A stretch of 64,000 nucleotides of DNA from an uncultured Candidatus Saccharibacteria bacterium (GCA_964603625.1 CAZRVM010000001.1:1949-65948), one strand, 5' to 3'; counted from the first letter of the stretch, positions 9,169-20,106 are shown. The notes: a model not told the origin generated them from the letters alone. Made by a program: numbers and translations.

Positions 9169-9621
9169 TTACTTGCTTACTTTCTTTGCTTTAATTTTTT
9201 CGGTTTGGCTAGTAGACGCCGATGAACTTTCTTTGCCTTCTAAAGCAGAATCGTCTACTGAAATTTTGTCTACAAAACTAATTCGAGCTAGTTCGGCATT
9301 ATCACCACGCCTATTCCTAGTTGCTTCTATTCGTAAATAACCGCTTGACCTGCCCGTTAACTTCGGAGCAATTTCATCGAATAATTTATTTGCCGAACTT
9401 ATGGTTTGTAAACTGGTAATTACTTGGCGCCGATTGTGCAAATCACCCTTTTTTGCTTTAGTAATTAACTTTTCAACATAAGGTAAAACATCTTTTGCTT
9501 TAGGCAGAGTAGTTTCAATAGACTCATGAATAATTAAAGATTCCGCTAAACTGACAATCATAGCATTTCTTTGATCTTTCTGACGACCAAATTTTCGACC
9601 TTTATAACCGTGGCGATGCAT
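9169..9621 (-). CDS. rplQ: 50S ribosomal protein L17 (with Ser/acidic C-terminal extension)
   Basis: MHRHGYKGRKFGRQKDQRNAMIVSLAESLIIHESIETTLPKAKD; follows rpoA. Confidence 0.93.
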   Translation of the reverse strand: MHRHGYKGRKFGRQKDQRNAMIVSLAESLIIHESIETTLPKAKDVLPYVEKLITKAKKGDLHNRRQVITSLQTISSANKLFDEIAPKLTGRSSGYLRIEATRNRRGDNAELARISFVDKISVDDSALEGKESSSASTSQTEKIKAKKVSK

Positions 9622-10551
9622 TTATAACTCCAGCTCCGCTAATTTATCTTTTACTTCATCTAACGCTTTAGTACCAAAGCCTTTTAATTCTCTTAGTTCC
9701 GTATCTGTTAAATCAAACAAATCTTTCAATGTGTGAATTTCGTTATTGACTAATGCGTTAGTTGTTCTAGCTGAGAAATTAAGATCCTCAATAGACATTA
9801 AAAGTTCAGCGTTGTCATCATTAGTCTCTTCTTGGCTTTCTGTTACGCTTGGAGTCGGCGCTACCCTCGTTTGACCAGCTAAAGCGTTATATTGATTCAT
9901 AAGTATTGCAGCAGCTTCCTCAAAAGCATCTTTAGGAGTTATACTTCCGTCTGTATTGATTACAATAATTAGCTTGTCTAAATCTGTCATTTGGCCAACA
10001 CGAGTATTCTCTACCTTATATCTTACCCTTTGAACAGGGCTAAATATTGCATCGACTGCAATCATATCGTTTGATTTACTATGTTGAGTAACATCAACAG
10101 GGCGATACCCTCTACCTACTTCAACTATAAACTCAATGTTCAATGAATCTTTATCATTATCTATTGTTGCAATATAATGATCTTTGTTAACAACTTCAAC
10201 ATCGGCATTAGAAGTAATATCTGCTGCTGTAACCTTGCCTTTGCCCTTTTTGTTTATTTGCAATGTTTGAGGCTCTTGTGAAAATACTTTAAATCTAATA
10301 CCTTTTAAAGCTAGCATTATATCAACGACATCTTCTTTTATGCCTGGAACAGTAGTGAATTCGTGAGTTGCTCCTTCTATTCTGAAAGAAGTAATTGCAG
10401 AACCAGCTATGCTAGATAGCAAAACACGCCTCAAACTATTACCTAAAGTCATCCCATAACCAGTGTGAAGTGGTTCTATTGCAAAAGTTGCGCTATTGTT
10501 TGAATGTTCTTCAACTGTTACGACTCCTGGTGTATATATATTTTTTGACAT
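9622..10551 (-). CDS. rpoA: DNA-directed RNA polymerase subunit alpha
   Basis: TLGNSLRRVLLSSIAGSAITS and a C-terminal alpha-CTD. Start placed at the ATG at 10551, which is preceded by AGGAGG; the track's upstream start would overlap rpsD. Confidence 0.93.
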   Translation of the reverse strand: MSKNIYTPGVVTVEEHSNNSATFAIEPLHTGYGMTLGNSLRRVLLSSIAGSAITSFRIEGATHEFTTVPGIKEDVVDIMLALKGIRFKVFSQEPQTLQINKKGKGKVTAADITSNADVEVVNKDHYIATIDNDKDSLNIEFIVEVGRGYRPVDVTQHSKSNDMIAVDAIFSPVQRVRYKVENTRVGQMTDLDKLIIVINTDGSITPKDAFEEAAAILMNQYNALAGQTRVAPTPSVTESQEETNDDNAELLMSIEDLNFSARTTNALVNNEIHTLKDLFDLTDTELRELKGFGTKALDEVKDKLAELEL

Positions 10552-10561
10552 TATTTCCTCC

Positions 10562-11179
10562 TTAGCGTGAGTAATACTCAACTATTAATTGCTCGTTTAT
10601 ATCTGGTTCAACATTTTCTCTTAATGGAAGCCCTACAACTGAAATTTCAAATTTCTTACGATCAACCTTTAGCCAAGTTGCTTCATTTTCTTGACCCGAA
10701 GGGCTAACATCATCAATTTGTTTAAAATACTCTTTACTCTTACTGCGTTCCCTTAATTTTATCTTATCGCCTAGTTTTACTCTAATTGAAGGAATATCGA
10801 CTCTTCTGTCATTTAGTTCAAAATGCCCATGACTAACAAGTTGCCGTGCCGCCTGTCGACTAACAGCTAAGCCACTTCTATAAATTACATTATCAAGTCT
10901 TTGCTCTAAAAATAATAGTAGCTGTTCGCCAGATCGGCTTTTTGATCGAACTGCCTCATCCATTAATTTTCTAAATTGTCTCTCTAGTAATCCGTATAAG
11001 CGTTTTACCTTTTGCTTTTCTCGTAATTGAATAGCGTACTGACTAGGCTTGTTCCGGCTATTTTTGCCACCAGGACTTGCTGGAACGGCTCGTTTCACTA
11101 ATGCTTTATGTGCTTTAGGATGCAAAGCATAGCCTTCTCGACGACTCATTTTTACAACTGGTTGTAGTTCTCTTGCCAT
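10562..11179 (-). CDS. rpsD: 30S ribosomal protein S4
   Basis: MARELQPVVKMSRREG...; start refined to the ATG at 11179, which has an AGGAG SD. Confidence 0.93.
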   Translation of the reverse strand: MARELQPVVKMSRREGYALHPKAHKALVKRAVPASPGGKNSRNKPSQYAIQLREKQKVKRLYGLLERQFRKLMDEAVRSKSRSGEQLLLFLEQRLDNVIYRSGLAVSRQAARQLVSHGHFELNDRRVDIPSIRVKLGDKIKLRERSKSKEYFKQIDDVSPSGQENEATWLKVDRKKFEISVVGLPLRENVEPDINEQLIVEYYSR

Positions 11180-11186
11180 ATTACTC

Positions 11187-11585
11187 CTAAACTCTCCTAG
11201 CTTTCTTCGGTCTAACTCCACCATGTGGAGCACTAGTTACGTCTGTTATTTTTTCAACTTTAATATCATTCGCGCTCAACACCTTAACAGCAGAATCACG
11301 CCCAAGACCTATGCCTTTAATAAAAAGATCTACTTTTACCATACCAAAAGTTTGCTTTGCAATTTGTGAAGCTTTTTCAGCTGCAACTTGAGCTGCATAA
11401 GCTGTACCTTTTTTTGAACCTCTAAAACCACAGCCTCCAGCACTTGCAGAAACCAACGCATCACCTTTGCTGTCTGTGAAAGTAATTATTGTATTATTAA
11501 AGGTAGCCAATACATGAAGTTGCCCATATGGGATACTTCGTTTAATTTTCTTCTTCTTTGGTGTAGTTGTAACAGTTTCAGTCAT
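11187..11585 (-). CDS. rpsK: 30S ribosomal protein S11
   Basis: HVLATFNNTIITFTDSKGDALVSASAGGCGFRGSKKGTAYAAQ. Confidence 0.95.
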   Translation of the reverse strand: MTETVTTTPKKKKIKRSIPYGQLHVLATFNNTIITFTDSKGDALVSASAGGCGFRGSKKGTAYAAQVAAEKASQIAKQTFGMVKVDLFIKGIGLGRDSAVKVLSANDIKVEKITDVTSAPHGGVRPKKARRV

Positions 11586-11596
11586 CTATCATCTCC

Positions 11597-11983
11597 TTAA
11601 GTTTTAGCTGGTGCCTTTTTCTTAGTGCCACCTACAGTTGATTTTTTGCCTCGTCTGGTTCTTGCATTGGTTCGAGTTCTTTGACCACGAGACGGAAGAT
11701 TTGATTTATGTCTCTGTCCGCGATAAGAATTTATATCTTTAAGTCTTTTGATGTTCGAAGTAACAATTCTTTGAAGTTCACCCTCAACGGTATAATTATT
11801 ATTAATAACCTCCTGAATTTTTGATATTTCACTATCAGTTAAATTTTTAACTCGAGTTGTTGGATCAATCTTAACAGATTTTAAGATGTCTTGCGAAGTC
11901 TTTAAACCAATCCCATATACATAAGTCAAGCCATATTCTATTAATTTATCATTTGGTAAAGTTACACCAGAAATTCTCGCCAT
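11597..11983 (-). CDS. rpsM: 30S ribosomal protein S13
   Basis: [26 protein letters not shown]. Confidence 0.95.
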   Translation of the reverse strand: MARISGVTLPNDKLIEYGLTYVYGIGLKTSQDILKSVKIDPTTRVKNLTDSEISKIQEVINNNYTVEGELQRIVTSNIKRLKDINSYRGQRHKSNLPSRGQRTRTNARTRRGKKSTVGGTKKKAPAKT

Positions 11984-12100
11984 TTAACCCTGCCTCTGCT
12001 TATGCTTAGGTTTATTCTTATTAATAACATATAACTTGCCCTTACGTCTGACAATTTTGTCGTCTGGGCTTATCTTTTTTACACTTGCACGCACTTTCAT
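11984..12100 (-). CDS. rpmJ: 50S ribosomal protein L36 (38 aa; below the ORF-track cutoff)
   Basis: Hand translation gives [38 protein letters not shown]. It sits between infA and rpsM as expected. The Zn-binding cysteines are absent. Confidence 0.85.
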   Translation of the reverse strand: MKVRASVKKISPDDKIVRRKGKLYVINKNKPKHKQRQG

Positions 12101-12178
12101 CCTAAGTTATTTCTCCTTTACTGGACGATTTATTCTGCGGATTGTAGTTTCTTGCTACAACACACTGCTAATTGATAA

Positions 12179-12400
12179 TTAATTCTTGCGATAGGTGATT
12201 CTGCCCTTAGTAAGATCGTAAGGGGTCAACTCGACCGTAACGCTATCACCTGGAACAATCCGAATATAATGTTTTCGCATTTTTCCGGCAACATGAGCTA
12301 TAATTTGATGACCATTTTCAAGCTCTACTTTAAACTGAGTCCCGGGTAGGGTTTCTACAATCGTTCCGTTCAGCTCAATTACTTCCTTACTGTTGGCCAT
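12179..12400 (-). CDS. infA: translation initiation factor IF-1
   Basis: [43 protein letters not shown]. Confidence 0.95.
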   Translation of the reverse strand: MANSKEVIELNGTIVETLPGTQFKVELENGHQIIAHVAGKMRKHYIRIVPGDSVTVELTPYDLTKGRITYRKN

Positions 12401-12451
12401 AAATATATAACAAGTTATAATTGTATCAGAGCCACAATACTTTGTAAACAG

Positions 12452-13966
12452 TTATTTATCATTTTTTGGCTTTTTGTTAAATTTTGGAAGTTTTTTATTA
12501 AATATTAATTTTCTACCACCGCTTGCCGCCTCAGCAGGAGTAGTTGCTTGATACAAAAAGTCTGGTTGCTCATATTTATCATAAGTAAGCATTAAGGCTT
12601 GAGATTCTAACATTCTTAAGGTTTCTAATGCTACTGCAACCAAAATCAATATACTAGTTCCACCAATTGTAATATTGGTTTTCAAAAAGGCCTGGCCAAT
12701 TATAGGTAACACTGCGAGCAGTCCCAAAGCTGTGGCTCCGAACAAAGTCAACCTATTAACTACTTTATTTAGATACTTCTCGGTTTGCTTACCCGACCTA
12801 ATGCCCTCTAAGAAACCACCCTGCTGTTGAAGATTTTCAGCAATTTCTGATGAATTAAAGGCAATGCTAGTATAAAAGAAAGTAAATATAAACACTAGTA
12901 AGAAGTAGACAATTGGGTATATATATGGCTCAATTCCGCCAGCGCTAAAAGATTGAGATGTAGGAGTTTGAAACCAGGTAACAAGCTTGGTGCCAATTTC
13001 TTGAAGCCTATCACTATTAGACCCAACAAAAATTTGCCCCAAGAAACTTGGAACACTTAAAAATGCAACAGCAAAAATAATTGGAATTACGCCTGCAGTT
13101 ATTAACTTAACCGGGAGAACAGTAGTGACTCCACCATATAATCTATTTCCCTGTACTCTTTTAGCATAATTTACGGTTAAGTTTCTAGAGGCTTCGTTAA
13201 GTTTTACAACTAATATTGTGGTTACAATAACTATCACAATAATCAACAAAGATAACCAAAAAGCATTTTCATCGATAGGTAGTTGTTTATTTAAGATAGT
13301 CCACTTTTTGTCTGGGCTCACAACGCTACTAATTAAACTTCCAGCCATTTGTGGTAATTGACTAACAATTCCAACAGTAATTATTAAAGATATTCCATTT
13401 CCAATATTTTGCTCAGTTATTAACTCGCCTAACCACATCAATAACATAGATCCACCGGTAAGTGCTGATACCATTAACACCCACTGAGCGATTGATGCAT
13501 TTGCGGTTATATCTCCCAACCCCCCGATACTAGTAGCCGTCTGCCTAACTAGATATATCGAGCCAATAGATTGAATAATGGCAAGCGGAAAAGATAATAT
13601 TCGTGTATACTGGTTAATTTTCTTACGGCCGTATTCACCCTCTTTATTTAAAGCCTCCAGTTTTGGAATGGCGCGTGTTAACAATTGCAGAATAATTGAA
13701 GCATTAATGTATGGGCCTAGACCTACTAACATTATCGAAAAATTAGCTAAAGCTCCACCAGATAAAACATCGATAAAACTCAAGAGCTGAGAAGTCTTTG
13801 ATGATGTAAATAAAGTATCTAAAATTTGCTTTAATGTTTCGCCACTAGCGATTGGTATTGGTAAATGAGCCAACAATCTAAAGATAATAATCATACCAAA
13901 AACTGCAAAAACTTTTTTGCGCATATCGGCGTTTTTAAGTGATTTTAATATGATTTTCCAGTTCAT
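12452..13966 (-). CDS. secY: preprotein translocase subunit SecY (504 aa, longer than usual at the C-terminus)
   Basis: Ten predicted transmembrane segments, SecY plug and hinge-like regions, and a position downstream of rplO. Confidence 0.93.
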   Translation of the reverse strand: MNWKIILKSLKNADMRKKVFAVFGMIIIFRLLAHLPIPIASGETLKQILDTLFTSSKTSQLLSFIDVLSGGALANFSIMLVGLGPYINASIILQLLTRAIPKLEALNKEGEYGRKKINQYTRILSFPLAIIQSIGSIYLVRQTATSIGGLGDITANASIAQWVLMVSALTGGSMLLMWLGELITEQNIGNGISLIITVGIVSQLPQMAGSLISSVVSPDKKWTILNKQLPIDENAFWLSLLIIVIVIVTTILVVKLNEASRNLTVNYAKRVQGNRLYGGVTTVLPVKLITAGVIPIIFAVAFLSVPSFLGQIFVGSNSDRLQEIGTKLVTWFQTPTSQSFSAGGIEPYIYPIVYFLLVFIFTFFYTSIAFNSSEIAENLQQQGGFLEGIRSGKQTEKYLNKVVNRLTLFGATALGLLAVLPIIGQAFLKTNITIGGTSILILVAVALETLRMLESQALMLTYDKYEQPDFLYQATTPAEAASGGRKLIFNKKLPKFNKKPKNDK

Positions 13967-14020
13967 TATTATACAACCCTCTCGTACTCTATCTAACTTA
14001 TAATATCAAAATTAAATTTA

Positions 14021-14488
14021 TTAGTCTGTTGTTTTTTCTTTAGCATTTCTTTGAAGCCTACTAATAAGTTTAACTTCGCCACCAGCTTTTTCAACAGCCT
14101 CTTTAGCGGTTTTACTAATTGCTTGAATTGTAATTTTATGTTTTTTAGTTACTTCGCCCTTGCTAATTAACTTTACTTTTATAAATGCACTAGATACCAA
14201 ACCAGCATCAGCTAAAACCTGATTATTGATTTCTCCTTTAAGAGAATCAAGTTGGCCGGTATAAATATTTTCTGTCTTAGGCCTTTTAGATTTAAAGCCT
14301 GGCAATTTTGGAAGTCTTTGAGCAAGTGGGTTCTGACCACCCTCAAAACCCGGCCTAACACCTCCACCAGTTCTAGAATTTTGACCCTTTGTTCCGCGCC
14401 CAGCTGTTTTACCTTTACCGGCTGATATACCACGTCCTACCCGAGTCGATTTTTTATGACTTTTAATGTTAAGTTTATGATATTGCAT
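14021..14488 (-). CDS. rplO: 50S ribosomal protein L15
   Basis: RVGRGISAGKGKTAGRGTKGQ. It directly follows rpsE, so L30 is absent. Confidence 0.95.
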   Translation of the reverse strand: MQYHKLNIKSHKKSTRVGRGISAGKGKTAGRGTKGQNSRTGGGVRPGFEGGQNPLAQRLPKLPGFKSKRPKTENIYTGQLDSLKGEINNQVLADAGLVSSAFIKVKLISKGEVTKKHKITIQAISKTAKEAVEKAGGEVKLISRLQRNAKEKTTD

Positions 14489-15036
14489 TATTTTGCCTCA
14501 ACTTTCTTAACTGGTTTAGACTTAACGGCTTTAGTTTTAACCGCAACCCATTCACTAGCAGGTTTGATGCTCATAAGAGTTTCAACGGTAGCGTAGGCAG
14601 AATTGATTTTATTAGATGATCCGAGCGATTTTGATAATGCATTTTTAATACCTGCAACCTCTAAAACGGTTCTCACTACGCCACCGGCAATCAAGCCAGT
14701 ACCAGCACTAGCTGGTTTTAAAAGAATATGAGAACCAGAAACTCGCCCTTCAGCTTCATGCGGAATTGTGTCTTTATATAATGCAATTTTAACAAGATTT
14801 TTTTTAGCTACTTCTGTTGCTTTGGTAACAGCCGTCGTAACATCTTGTCCTTTAGATACACCAACGCCAACACTACCTTTGTGATCTCCAACAACTACTA
14901 ATGCTCTGAATCTAAATCGTCGGCCACCTTTTACAACACGAGCTACTCTATCGATGTGTACCATTCTTTCATCGTATTGACTTTCTGGCTTATCAGTAAT
15001 TTTAGACTTACTTTTTAAATCTATTGGTTTGACCAT
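14488..15036 (-). CDS. rpsE: 30S ribosomal protein S5
   Basis: VHIDRVARVVKGGRRFRFRALVVVGD. Confidence 0.95.
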   Translation of the reverse strand: MVKPIDLKSKSKITDKPESQYDERMVHIDRVARVVKGGRRFRFRALVVVGDHKGSVGVGVSKGQDVTTAVTKATEVAKKNLVKIALYKDTIPHEAEGRVSGSHILLKPASAGTGLIAGGVVRTVLEVAGIKNALSKSLGSSNKINSAYATVETLMSIKPASEWVAVKTKAVKSKPVKKVEAK

Positions 15037-15393
15037 TTAAAACTCCAATCCGCCTTCTCGGGCTTTTTCTGCAAGTGCCTTAATTCTACCATGATACAAT
15101 CGGCCATTTCGGTCAAAAACGACTTGTTTAATTTTCTTAGCCTTGGCAACTTTAGCAATTTCTTCTCCAATCCACTCCGCCTTTGAGGTCATTGTCATTT
15201 TGTGCAGCTTGACTCCCACTGTAGTAGCCGAAACAATAGTTGCATGCTTTTGGTCGTTTATTATCTGTGCAAAAATATGTAAATTACTAATATGAACAGA
15301 TAACCTTGGCCGTTCACTAGTACCAACAACTGTTTTTCTGATACGATTTTTTCTCCGCAATTGATTATGTCTGGTTTTCTGTAGCTGATTCAT
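15037..15393 (-). CDS. rplR: 50S ribosomal protein L18
   Basis: RPRLSVHISNLHIFAQIINDQ; spc operon order. Confidence 0.93.
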   Translation of the reverse strand: MNQLQKTRHNQLRRKNRIRKTVVGTSERPRLSVHISNLHIFAQIINDQKHATIVSATTVGVKLHKMTMTSKAEWIGEEIAKVAKAKKIKQVVFDRNGRLYHGRIKALAEKAREGGLEF

Positions 15394-15932
15394 TATTTAT
15401 CCTTTCCTGATTTTCCGCTCTTACGAATAATCTGTTCGCCAACATATCTTATGCCTTTGCCTTTATATGGTTCTGGCTTTCTTAAAGCTCTTATTTCTGC
15501 TGAAACCTGCCCCACGCTCTGTTTTGAAATTCCTGATATAGTTATTATGTTCTGTTCAACTTTAGCTTCAATTCCTTGTGGCAAATTATACACAACTTCA
15601 TGAGAGTATCCTAAGTTCATTTTTAATTGATTGCCGGCTAGTGCAACTCTAAAACCTACACCTTGAATTTCTAGTTGCTTTGAAAAACCATCAGTTACAC
15701 CAATTACCATATTATTAATAAGCGACCTCATAAGGCCATGCTTAGCCCGATTTTCTGCCGAATCATCAACTCTCTTAACTAGTAACTCTTGATCATTTTG
15801 AGATATCTTTATTCCAGATAAATTTAATTGCTTAAGTTCACCTTTGTTGCCCTTAACAACAATGTAATCTTCGTCAATAGTGATTGTCACACCAGCTGGA
15901 ATTGTAATTGGCAGTTTTCCTATACGACTCAT
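15393..15932 (-). CDS. rplF: 50S ribosomal protein L6
   Basis: MSRIGKLPITIPAGVTIT... Confidence 0.95.
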   Translation of the reverse strand: MSRIGKLPITIPAGVTITIDEDYIVVKGNKGELKQLNLSGIKISQNDQELLVKRVDDSAENRAKHGLMRSLINNMVIGVTDGFSKQLEIQGVGFRVALAGNQLKMNLGYSHEVVYNLPQGIEAKVEQNIITISGISKQSVGQVSAEIRALRKPEPYKGKGIRYVGEQIIRKSGKSGKDK

Positions 15933-15945
15933 TTCATTTCCTTTC

Positions 15946-16347
15946 TTAATAAACCTTGCAAATTAGCTCGCCACCAAGTTTTTGCTGTTTTGCGTCTTGA
16001 CCTTTCATTAAACCTTTTGAAGTTGATATAATTACCAATCCTCGTCCTTGTTTAATTGTTGGAATATCTCTTACATTAACATATTGCCTTCGACCAGGCT
16101 TGCTAACTCTTTCGATACAAGAGATGTTTGCATTTGTTTGATCGGTATTCAAAATTAATGTTAAACTTTTGTCTATTCCATCGCCAACAGTCGAATATCC
16201 AATTAAATAATGGTTTTCTTTTAAAATTTGCACAATCGATTCTTTAATTTTAGAATACGGAACAGCTACTTCGTTTTTGCCAACTAAAATAGCATTCCTT
16301 ATTCTAGTTAACATATCTGCAATTGGGTCTGTACTTACCATATTCAC
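15946..16347 (-). CDS. rpsH: 30S ribosomal protein S8
   Basis: DPIADMLTRIRNA. Confidence 0.95.
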   Translation of the reverse strand: MNMVSTDPIADMLTRIRNAILVGKNEVAVPYSKIKESIVQILKENHYLIGYSTVGDGIDKSLTLILNTDQTNANISCIERVSKPGRRQYVNVRDIPTIKQGRGLVIISTSKGLMKGQDAKQQKLGGELICKVY

Positions 16348-16350
16348 TCC

Positions 16351-16620
16351 TTACCAACTAGCCTTTGTAACGCCTGGGATTTCACCCTTACTGGCATGTT
16401 CACGAAAAGTAATTCTACTTAACCCAAACGTTCTCATATAGCCCCTGGGACGACCAGTCTGACCACAACGATTTTTCCATCTTGTTGGCGATGAATTTCT
16501 GGGCATAAGATGTAATGCATCGAAATCTCCATCAACTTTTAGTTGATGACGCTTGTCTGAATACTTCTTAATCATTTGCTGTCGTTTTTTGTCTCTTGCA
16601 ATTATAGATTTTTTAGCCAT
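16351..16620 (-). CDS. rpsN: 30S ribosomal protein S14 (89 aa)
   Basis: [14 protein letters not shown]...[13 protein letters not shown]; only a single Cys is present. Confidence 0.92.
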   Translation of the reverse strand: MAKKSIIARDKKRQQMIKKYSDKRHQLKVDGDFDALHLMPRNSSPTRWKNRCGQTGRPRGYMRTFGLSRITFREHASKGEIPGVTKASW

Positions 16621-17207
16621 TACTTATTCTCCTCTTTAGTCTTTTCAAACGGCATTCCAAATTTAATTAATAATGCTTTGGAATGACTTATATCTAATGC
16701 TTTAATTCTGAAATTTATTTGTAGCCCATGTAAAATAGATGAATCTTCAAATGTAATTTCTGGAAAAATAGTCTGCTCATTTAGACCAATACTATAATTC
16801 CCTTGTTTATCGAAAGCTTTGTTGCTCAAACCATGAAAATCACGCAATCTTGGTAAAACGATATTAACCAAACGATCTAAAAACTCGTACATTTGGTCAT
16901 TCCGAAGCGTAACCTTTAGCCCAATTTTATTTCCTTCGCGAAGTTTAAAACTTGCGATTGATTTTTTAGCAGTAGTTAAAATAGGTTGCTGACCAGTAAT
17001 TTTTACCAAAGTATTTGTAGCAATTTCAATAAGCCGCTTATCGTCCTTACCTCTTCCCAGACCAATGTTTACTACTATTTTTTCGAGCTTTGGAACTTGG
17101 TTAATGTTTGCAAGCTCTAATTCTGATTTCAATTCACTAGCAAACTTATTGTAGTAATCTGCTTTAAGCCTTGCGGTATATATCTTTAATTCAGTCTTGG
17201 TAGCCAT
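16620..17207 (-). CDS. rplE: 50S ribosomal protein L5
   Basis: [14 protein letters not shown]... Confidence 0.95.
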   Translation of the reverse strand: MATKTELKIYTARLKADYYNKFASELKSELELANINQVPKLEKIVVNIGLGRGKDDKRLIEIATNTLVKITGQQPILTTAKKSIASFKLREGNKIGLKVTLRNDQMYEFLDRLVNIVLPRLRDFHGLSNKAFDKQGNYSIGLNEQTIFPEITFEDSSILHGLQINFRIKALDISHSKALLIKFGMPFEKTKEENK

Positions 17208-17537
17208 TTATTTAATCTCCTTGCCAGTTTTTTTGTAAATTCGTACAAATTTTCCACCTGTAACTGGTTTACTAGCAATTTTGGTAGGTTTTTTACTAAT
17301 TGGCTCAACAATCGCTACTTTTGAAACATAAATTGGCATGGTCTTATCAATTACACCACCTTGAGGGTGTTTCTTATTTGGTTTTAAATGTTTCTTAACA
17401 ACATTAACTCCCTCTACAGTTACTTTATTGGTTTGAAAATGCCTGGCTATAACTTTCCCAGTTACTCCTTTGTCCTTGCCGCTAATTACAACAACTGTAT
17501 CACCTTTTTTTAACTTAATTTTATAATTTTTAATCAC
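17208..17537 (-). CDS. rplX: 50S ribosomal protein L24
   Basis: KLKKGDTVVVISGKDKGVTGKV (KOW motif). Confidence 0.93.
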   Translation of the reverse strand: MIKNYKIKLKKGDTVVVISGKDKGVTGKVIARHFQTNKVTVEGVNVVKKHLKPNKKHPQGGVIDKTMPIYVSKVAIVEPISKKPTKIASKPVTGGKFVRIYKKTGKEIK

Positions 17538-17905
17538 TAAAGTACCTCCGGGGCAAGACTGATAATCTTGGCGTAACCCATTTCTCTTAATTCTCTTGGG
17601 ACCGGTCCAAATATTCTGGTTGCTTTTGGCAACTTATCTTCTCCAATAATTACTGCTGCATTATCATCAAACTTAATTGTTGAACCATCTTTCCGATTAA
17701 TTGAATACCTAGTTCTTACTATCACAGCTTTAACTACTGATTTCTTTTTCACATTTCCAGTTGGACTAGCATCTTTAACAGTTGCAACGATAACATCGCC
17801 GACTCTTGCATACCTACGCCTAGTACCACCCAAAACTCTAATACATAGAATTTCGCGTGCTCCACTATTATCGCAAACTTTTAACCTAGATTCTTGCTGA
17901 ATCAT
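17537..17905 (-). CDS. rplN: 50S ribosomal protein L14
   Basis: [27 protein letters not shown]. Confidence 0.96.
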   Translation of the reverse strand: MIQQESRLKVCDNSGAREILCIRVLGGTRRRYARVGDVIVATVKDASPTGNVKKKSVVKAVIVRTRYSINRKDGSTIKFDDNAAVIIGEDKLPKATRIFGPVPRELREMGYAKIISLAPEVL

Positions 17906-18189
17906 TTTTGAGTCTCCGTTTCTTGCGAACTAGATATTTTTTCATTAATAACAGGCCTTTCTACTATTTCTAAAAGCCTAAAGTGCTTATTGGCACTTAT
18001 TGGTTTGGTTTCAATAATAGTAACTTTATCGCCTACTTTTGCTTGATTGGTTTCATCGTGTGCCATTATCTTTTTAGACGAAATGTACCTCTTTTTATAA
18101 AGAGGATGACTTTTATGCGTAACAACAGTCACTACAATTGTCTTATTGGGGCGGTCAGATGAAACTGTACCTTGTAATACCTTTGCCAT
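17902..18189 (-). CDS. rpsQ: 30S ribosomal protein S17
   Basis: [30 protein letters not shown]. Confidence 0.93.
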   Translation of the reverse strand: MAKVLQGTVSSDRPNKTIVVTVVTHKSHPLYKKRYISSKKIMAHDETNQAKVGDKVTIIETKPISANKHFRLLEIVERPVINEKISSSQETETQK

Positions 18190-18389
18190 TATTTGGTCTC
18201 CTTTTCAAGTTGCTCACCAAGTACTGTTAAAATTCTTGCTAAATCTCTTCTTTTGTTACGAATAATTCTTGAATTTGTAGTTTCACCGACGATAATTTGC
18301 CTTCTCAGCTCTGCAATTTCTTCTCTAATTTTGGTGCTTTGCGTTGCAAGTTCAGCAGTAGATAATTTACGGATCTCTAAAATATTCAT
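18189..18389 (-). CDS. rpmC: 50S ribosomal protein L29
   Basis: 66-aa helical protein ([19 protein letters not shown]) between rplP and rpsQ. Confidence 0.9.
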   Translation of the reverse strand: MNILEIRKLSTAELATQSTKIREEIAELRRQIIVGETTNSRIIRNKRRDLARILTVLGEQLEKETK

Positions 18390-18803
18390 CTAGTTATCCT
18401 CCCGAACTAAAAACTTAGTTTTAATAGGTAGTTTGTGCGAAGCCAATCTCATTGCTTCTCGCGCAATTTCTTCACTAACGCCCTGCATTTCAAACATAAT
18501 AGTTCCTGGTCTAACTTTAGCTACAAAAAAATCTGGGCTACCCTTACCTTGTCCCATTTTGGTACCGACAGCTTTACGAGTTACGGGTGTATGGGGAAAT
18601 ATCCGAATCCAAATTTTTCCACCTCTTTTAATATAACGAGTCATTGCTTGACGAGCTGCTTCTATCTGCCTAGAAGTTATCCTATCCATGCCTTGAGACT
18701 GCAAGGCAAACTGGCCAAAAGCAATAGTATTAGCACTGGTTGCAACGCCTTTCATCCTGCCAACTCTCACTCTACGGTATTTAGTTCTTTTAGGAATTAA
18801 CAT
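18390..18803 (-). CDS. rplP: 50S ribosomal protein L16
   Basis: [19 protein letters not shown]. Confidence 0.96.
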   Translation of the reverse strand: MLIPKRTKYRRVRVGRMKGVATSANTIAFGQFALQSQGMDRITSRQIEAARQAMTRYIKRGGKIWIRIFPHTPVTRKAVGTKMGQGKGSPDFFVAKVRPGTIMFEMQGVSEEIAREAMRLASHKLPIKTKFLVREDN

Positions 18804-18804
18804 T

Positions 18805-19434
18805 TTAATTCACCTCGCCTTTATATATCCATACCTTTACACCAATAATCCCGGCAGGGGTATGAGCTGGCACAAAAGCATAATCGATATTTGCTCTAAG
18901 TGTGTGCAGTGGAACGCTACCAATAATTTCTTTTTCTCGTCTTGCCATTTCAGCTCCATTTAGCCTTCCCGAAACTTCAATTCTAATTCCTTTGGCGCCA
19001 CTACGAATAGTTGCCGCTGAAGCAGATTTAATAGCTCTTCTGAATGAAATTCTCCTTTGTAATTGAAATGCAATATTTTCGGCTACTAATTTTGCATATA
19101 GTTCTGGTTTCTTCACTTCTTCGATATTTACTCGAACTGGGGTTTTATAAATTAGTTCAATCGCATTCTTTAGTTCTGCAACCCCAGAACCACCTCGGCC
19201 AATCACGACACCAGCTTTTGCGGTTGATAATGTAACGGTAACTAAGTTTGGCGATCTTTCAATATCGACTTTATTAATTGATGCACGGCTACCTAACTTA
19301 CTGTTAATCAATTTTCTTACTTCAAGATCTTGAGTTAGATATTTAGCATATTCTTTTCTACTTACAAACCATTTACTGCGCCAATCTTTATTTACCTGCA
19401 AACGCATTGAGATTGGATTTACTTTTTGTCCCAT
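18805..19434 (-). CDS. rpsC: 30S ribosomal protein S3
   Basis: [23 protein letters not shown] (KH domain N-terminus). Confidence 0.96.
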   Translation of the reverse strand: MGQKVNPISMRLQVNKDWRSKWFVSRKEYAKYLTQDLEVRKLINSKLGSRASINKVDIERSPNLVTVTLSTAKAGVVIGRGGSGVAELKNAIELIYKTPVRVNIEEVKKPELYAKLVAENIAFQLQRRISFRRAIKSASAATIRSGAKGIRIEVSGRLNGAEMARREKEIIGSVPLHTLRANIDYAFVPAHTPAGIIGVKVWIYKGEVN

Positions 19435-19823
19435 TACTTTGCCTCCTTTTTGGTGGTAACTGTTTTTTTAGAAGGCTTTTTAACTTCTCTAATTTCGCCA
19501 TCAACCTTAACTCTAATATGAGAAGATTTTCTCTGAAAGCGTAAAGCACTACCACGAGCAGCTGGTCTAATTCTTTTAAGCCTAGGACCAGGCGTTACAG
19601 TAATTTCAGTTATTCGCAGAGTATTAGGTTTATAGTTGTGATTGTGAAGTGCATTTGCCTCTGCAGATTTTATAACTCTCGCCACAACATCAGCGCTTCG
19701 TCTAGGTGTGTTTTCCAAAATAATTAATGCGTCAGCCACACTTCGTCCTCTAACTAAATTAGCAACTACTCCAGTTTTACGAGGACTCATTCTAACACCT
19801 TTAGCTAATGCTTGAACAGACAT
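19434..19823 (-). CDS. rplV: 50S ribosomal protein L22
   Basis: RMSPRKTGVVANLVRGRSVADALIILE. Confidence 0.94.
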   Translation of the reverse strand: MSVQALAKGVRMSPRKTGVVANLVRGRSVADALIILENTPRRSADVVARVIKSAEANALHNHNYKPNTLRITEITVTPGPRLKRIRPAARGSALRFQRKSSHIRVKVDGEIREVKKPSKKTVTTKKEAK

Positions 19824-20098
19824 TATTTTTGTCCTTTCGCAAGTTTGCCACCATGACTTCTAAATTTTCTAGTAGGCGAAAACTCTCCTAGTTTATGCCC
19901 GACCATATTCTCAGATATAAAAACAGGAACATGAACTTTGCCATTGTGTACAGCAATTGTTTTACCAACAAATTCAGGAGAGATTGTAGAAGCCCTTGCC
20001 CAAGTTTTAATTATTGTTCGATCATCTTTGCTTAAAGCATTTATTTTTTTAGCTAATTTTGGATCTACAAAAGGTCCTTTTTTAAGTGAACGGCTCAT
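19823..20098 (-). CDS. rpsS: 30S ribosomal protein S19
   Basis: [15 protein letters not shown]...[26 protein letters not shown]. Confidence 0.96.
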   Translation of the reverse strand: MSRSLKKGPFVDPKLAKKINALSKDDRTIIKTWARASTISPEFVGKTIAVHNGKVHVPVFISENMVGHKLGEFSPTRKFRSHGGKLAKGQK

Positions 20099-20106
20099 AT
20101 TTACCT

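Noticed and set aside
18435-18800. Plus-strand ORFs antisense to ribosomal and translation genes (e.g. 18435-18800, 23917-24291, 26163-26528, 21554-21838, 29231-29467)
   Set aside because: They lie entirely opposite highly conserved minus-strand genes, have Ser/Leu-rich low-complexity products, and have no start signals; they are shadow ORFs.
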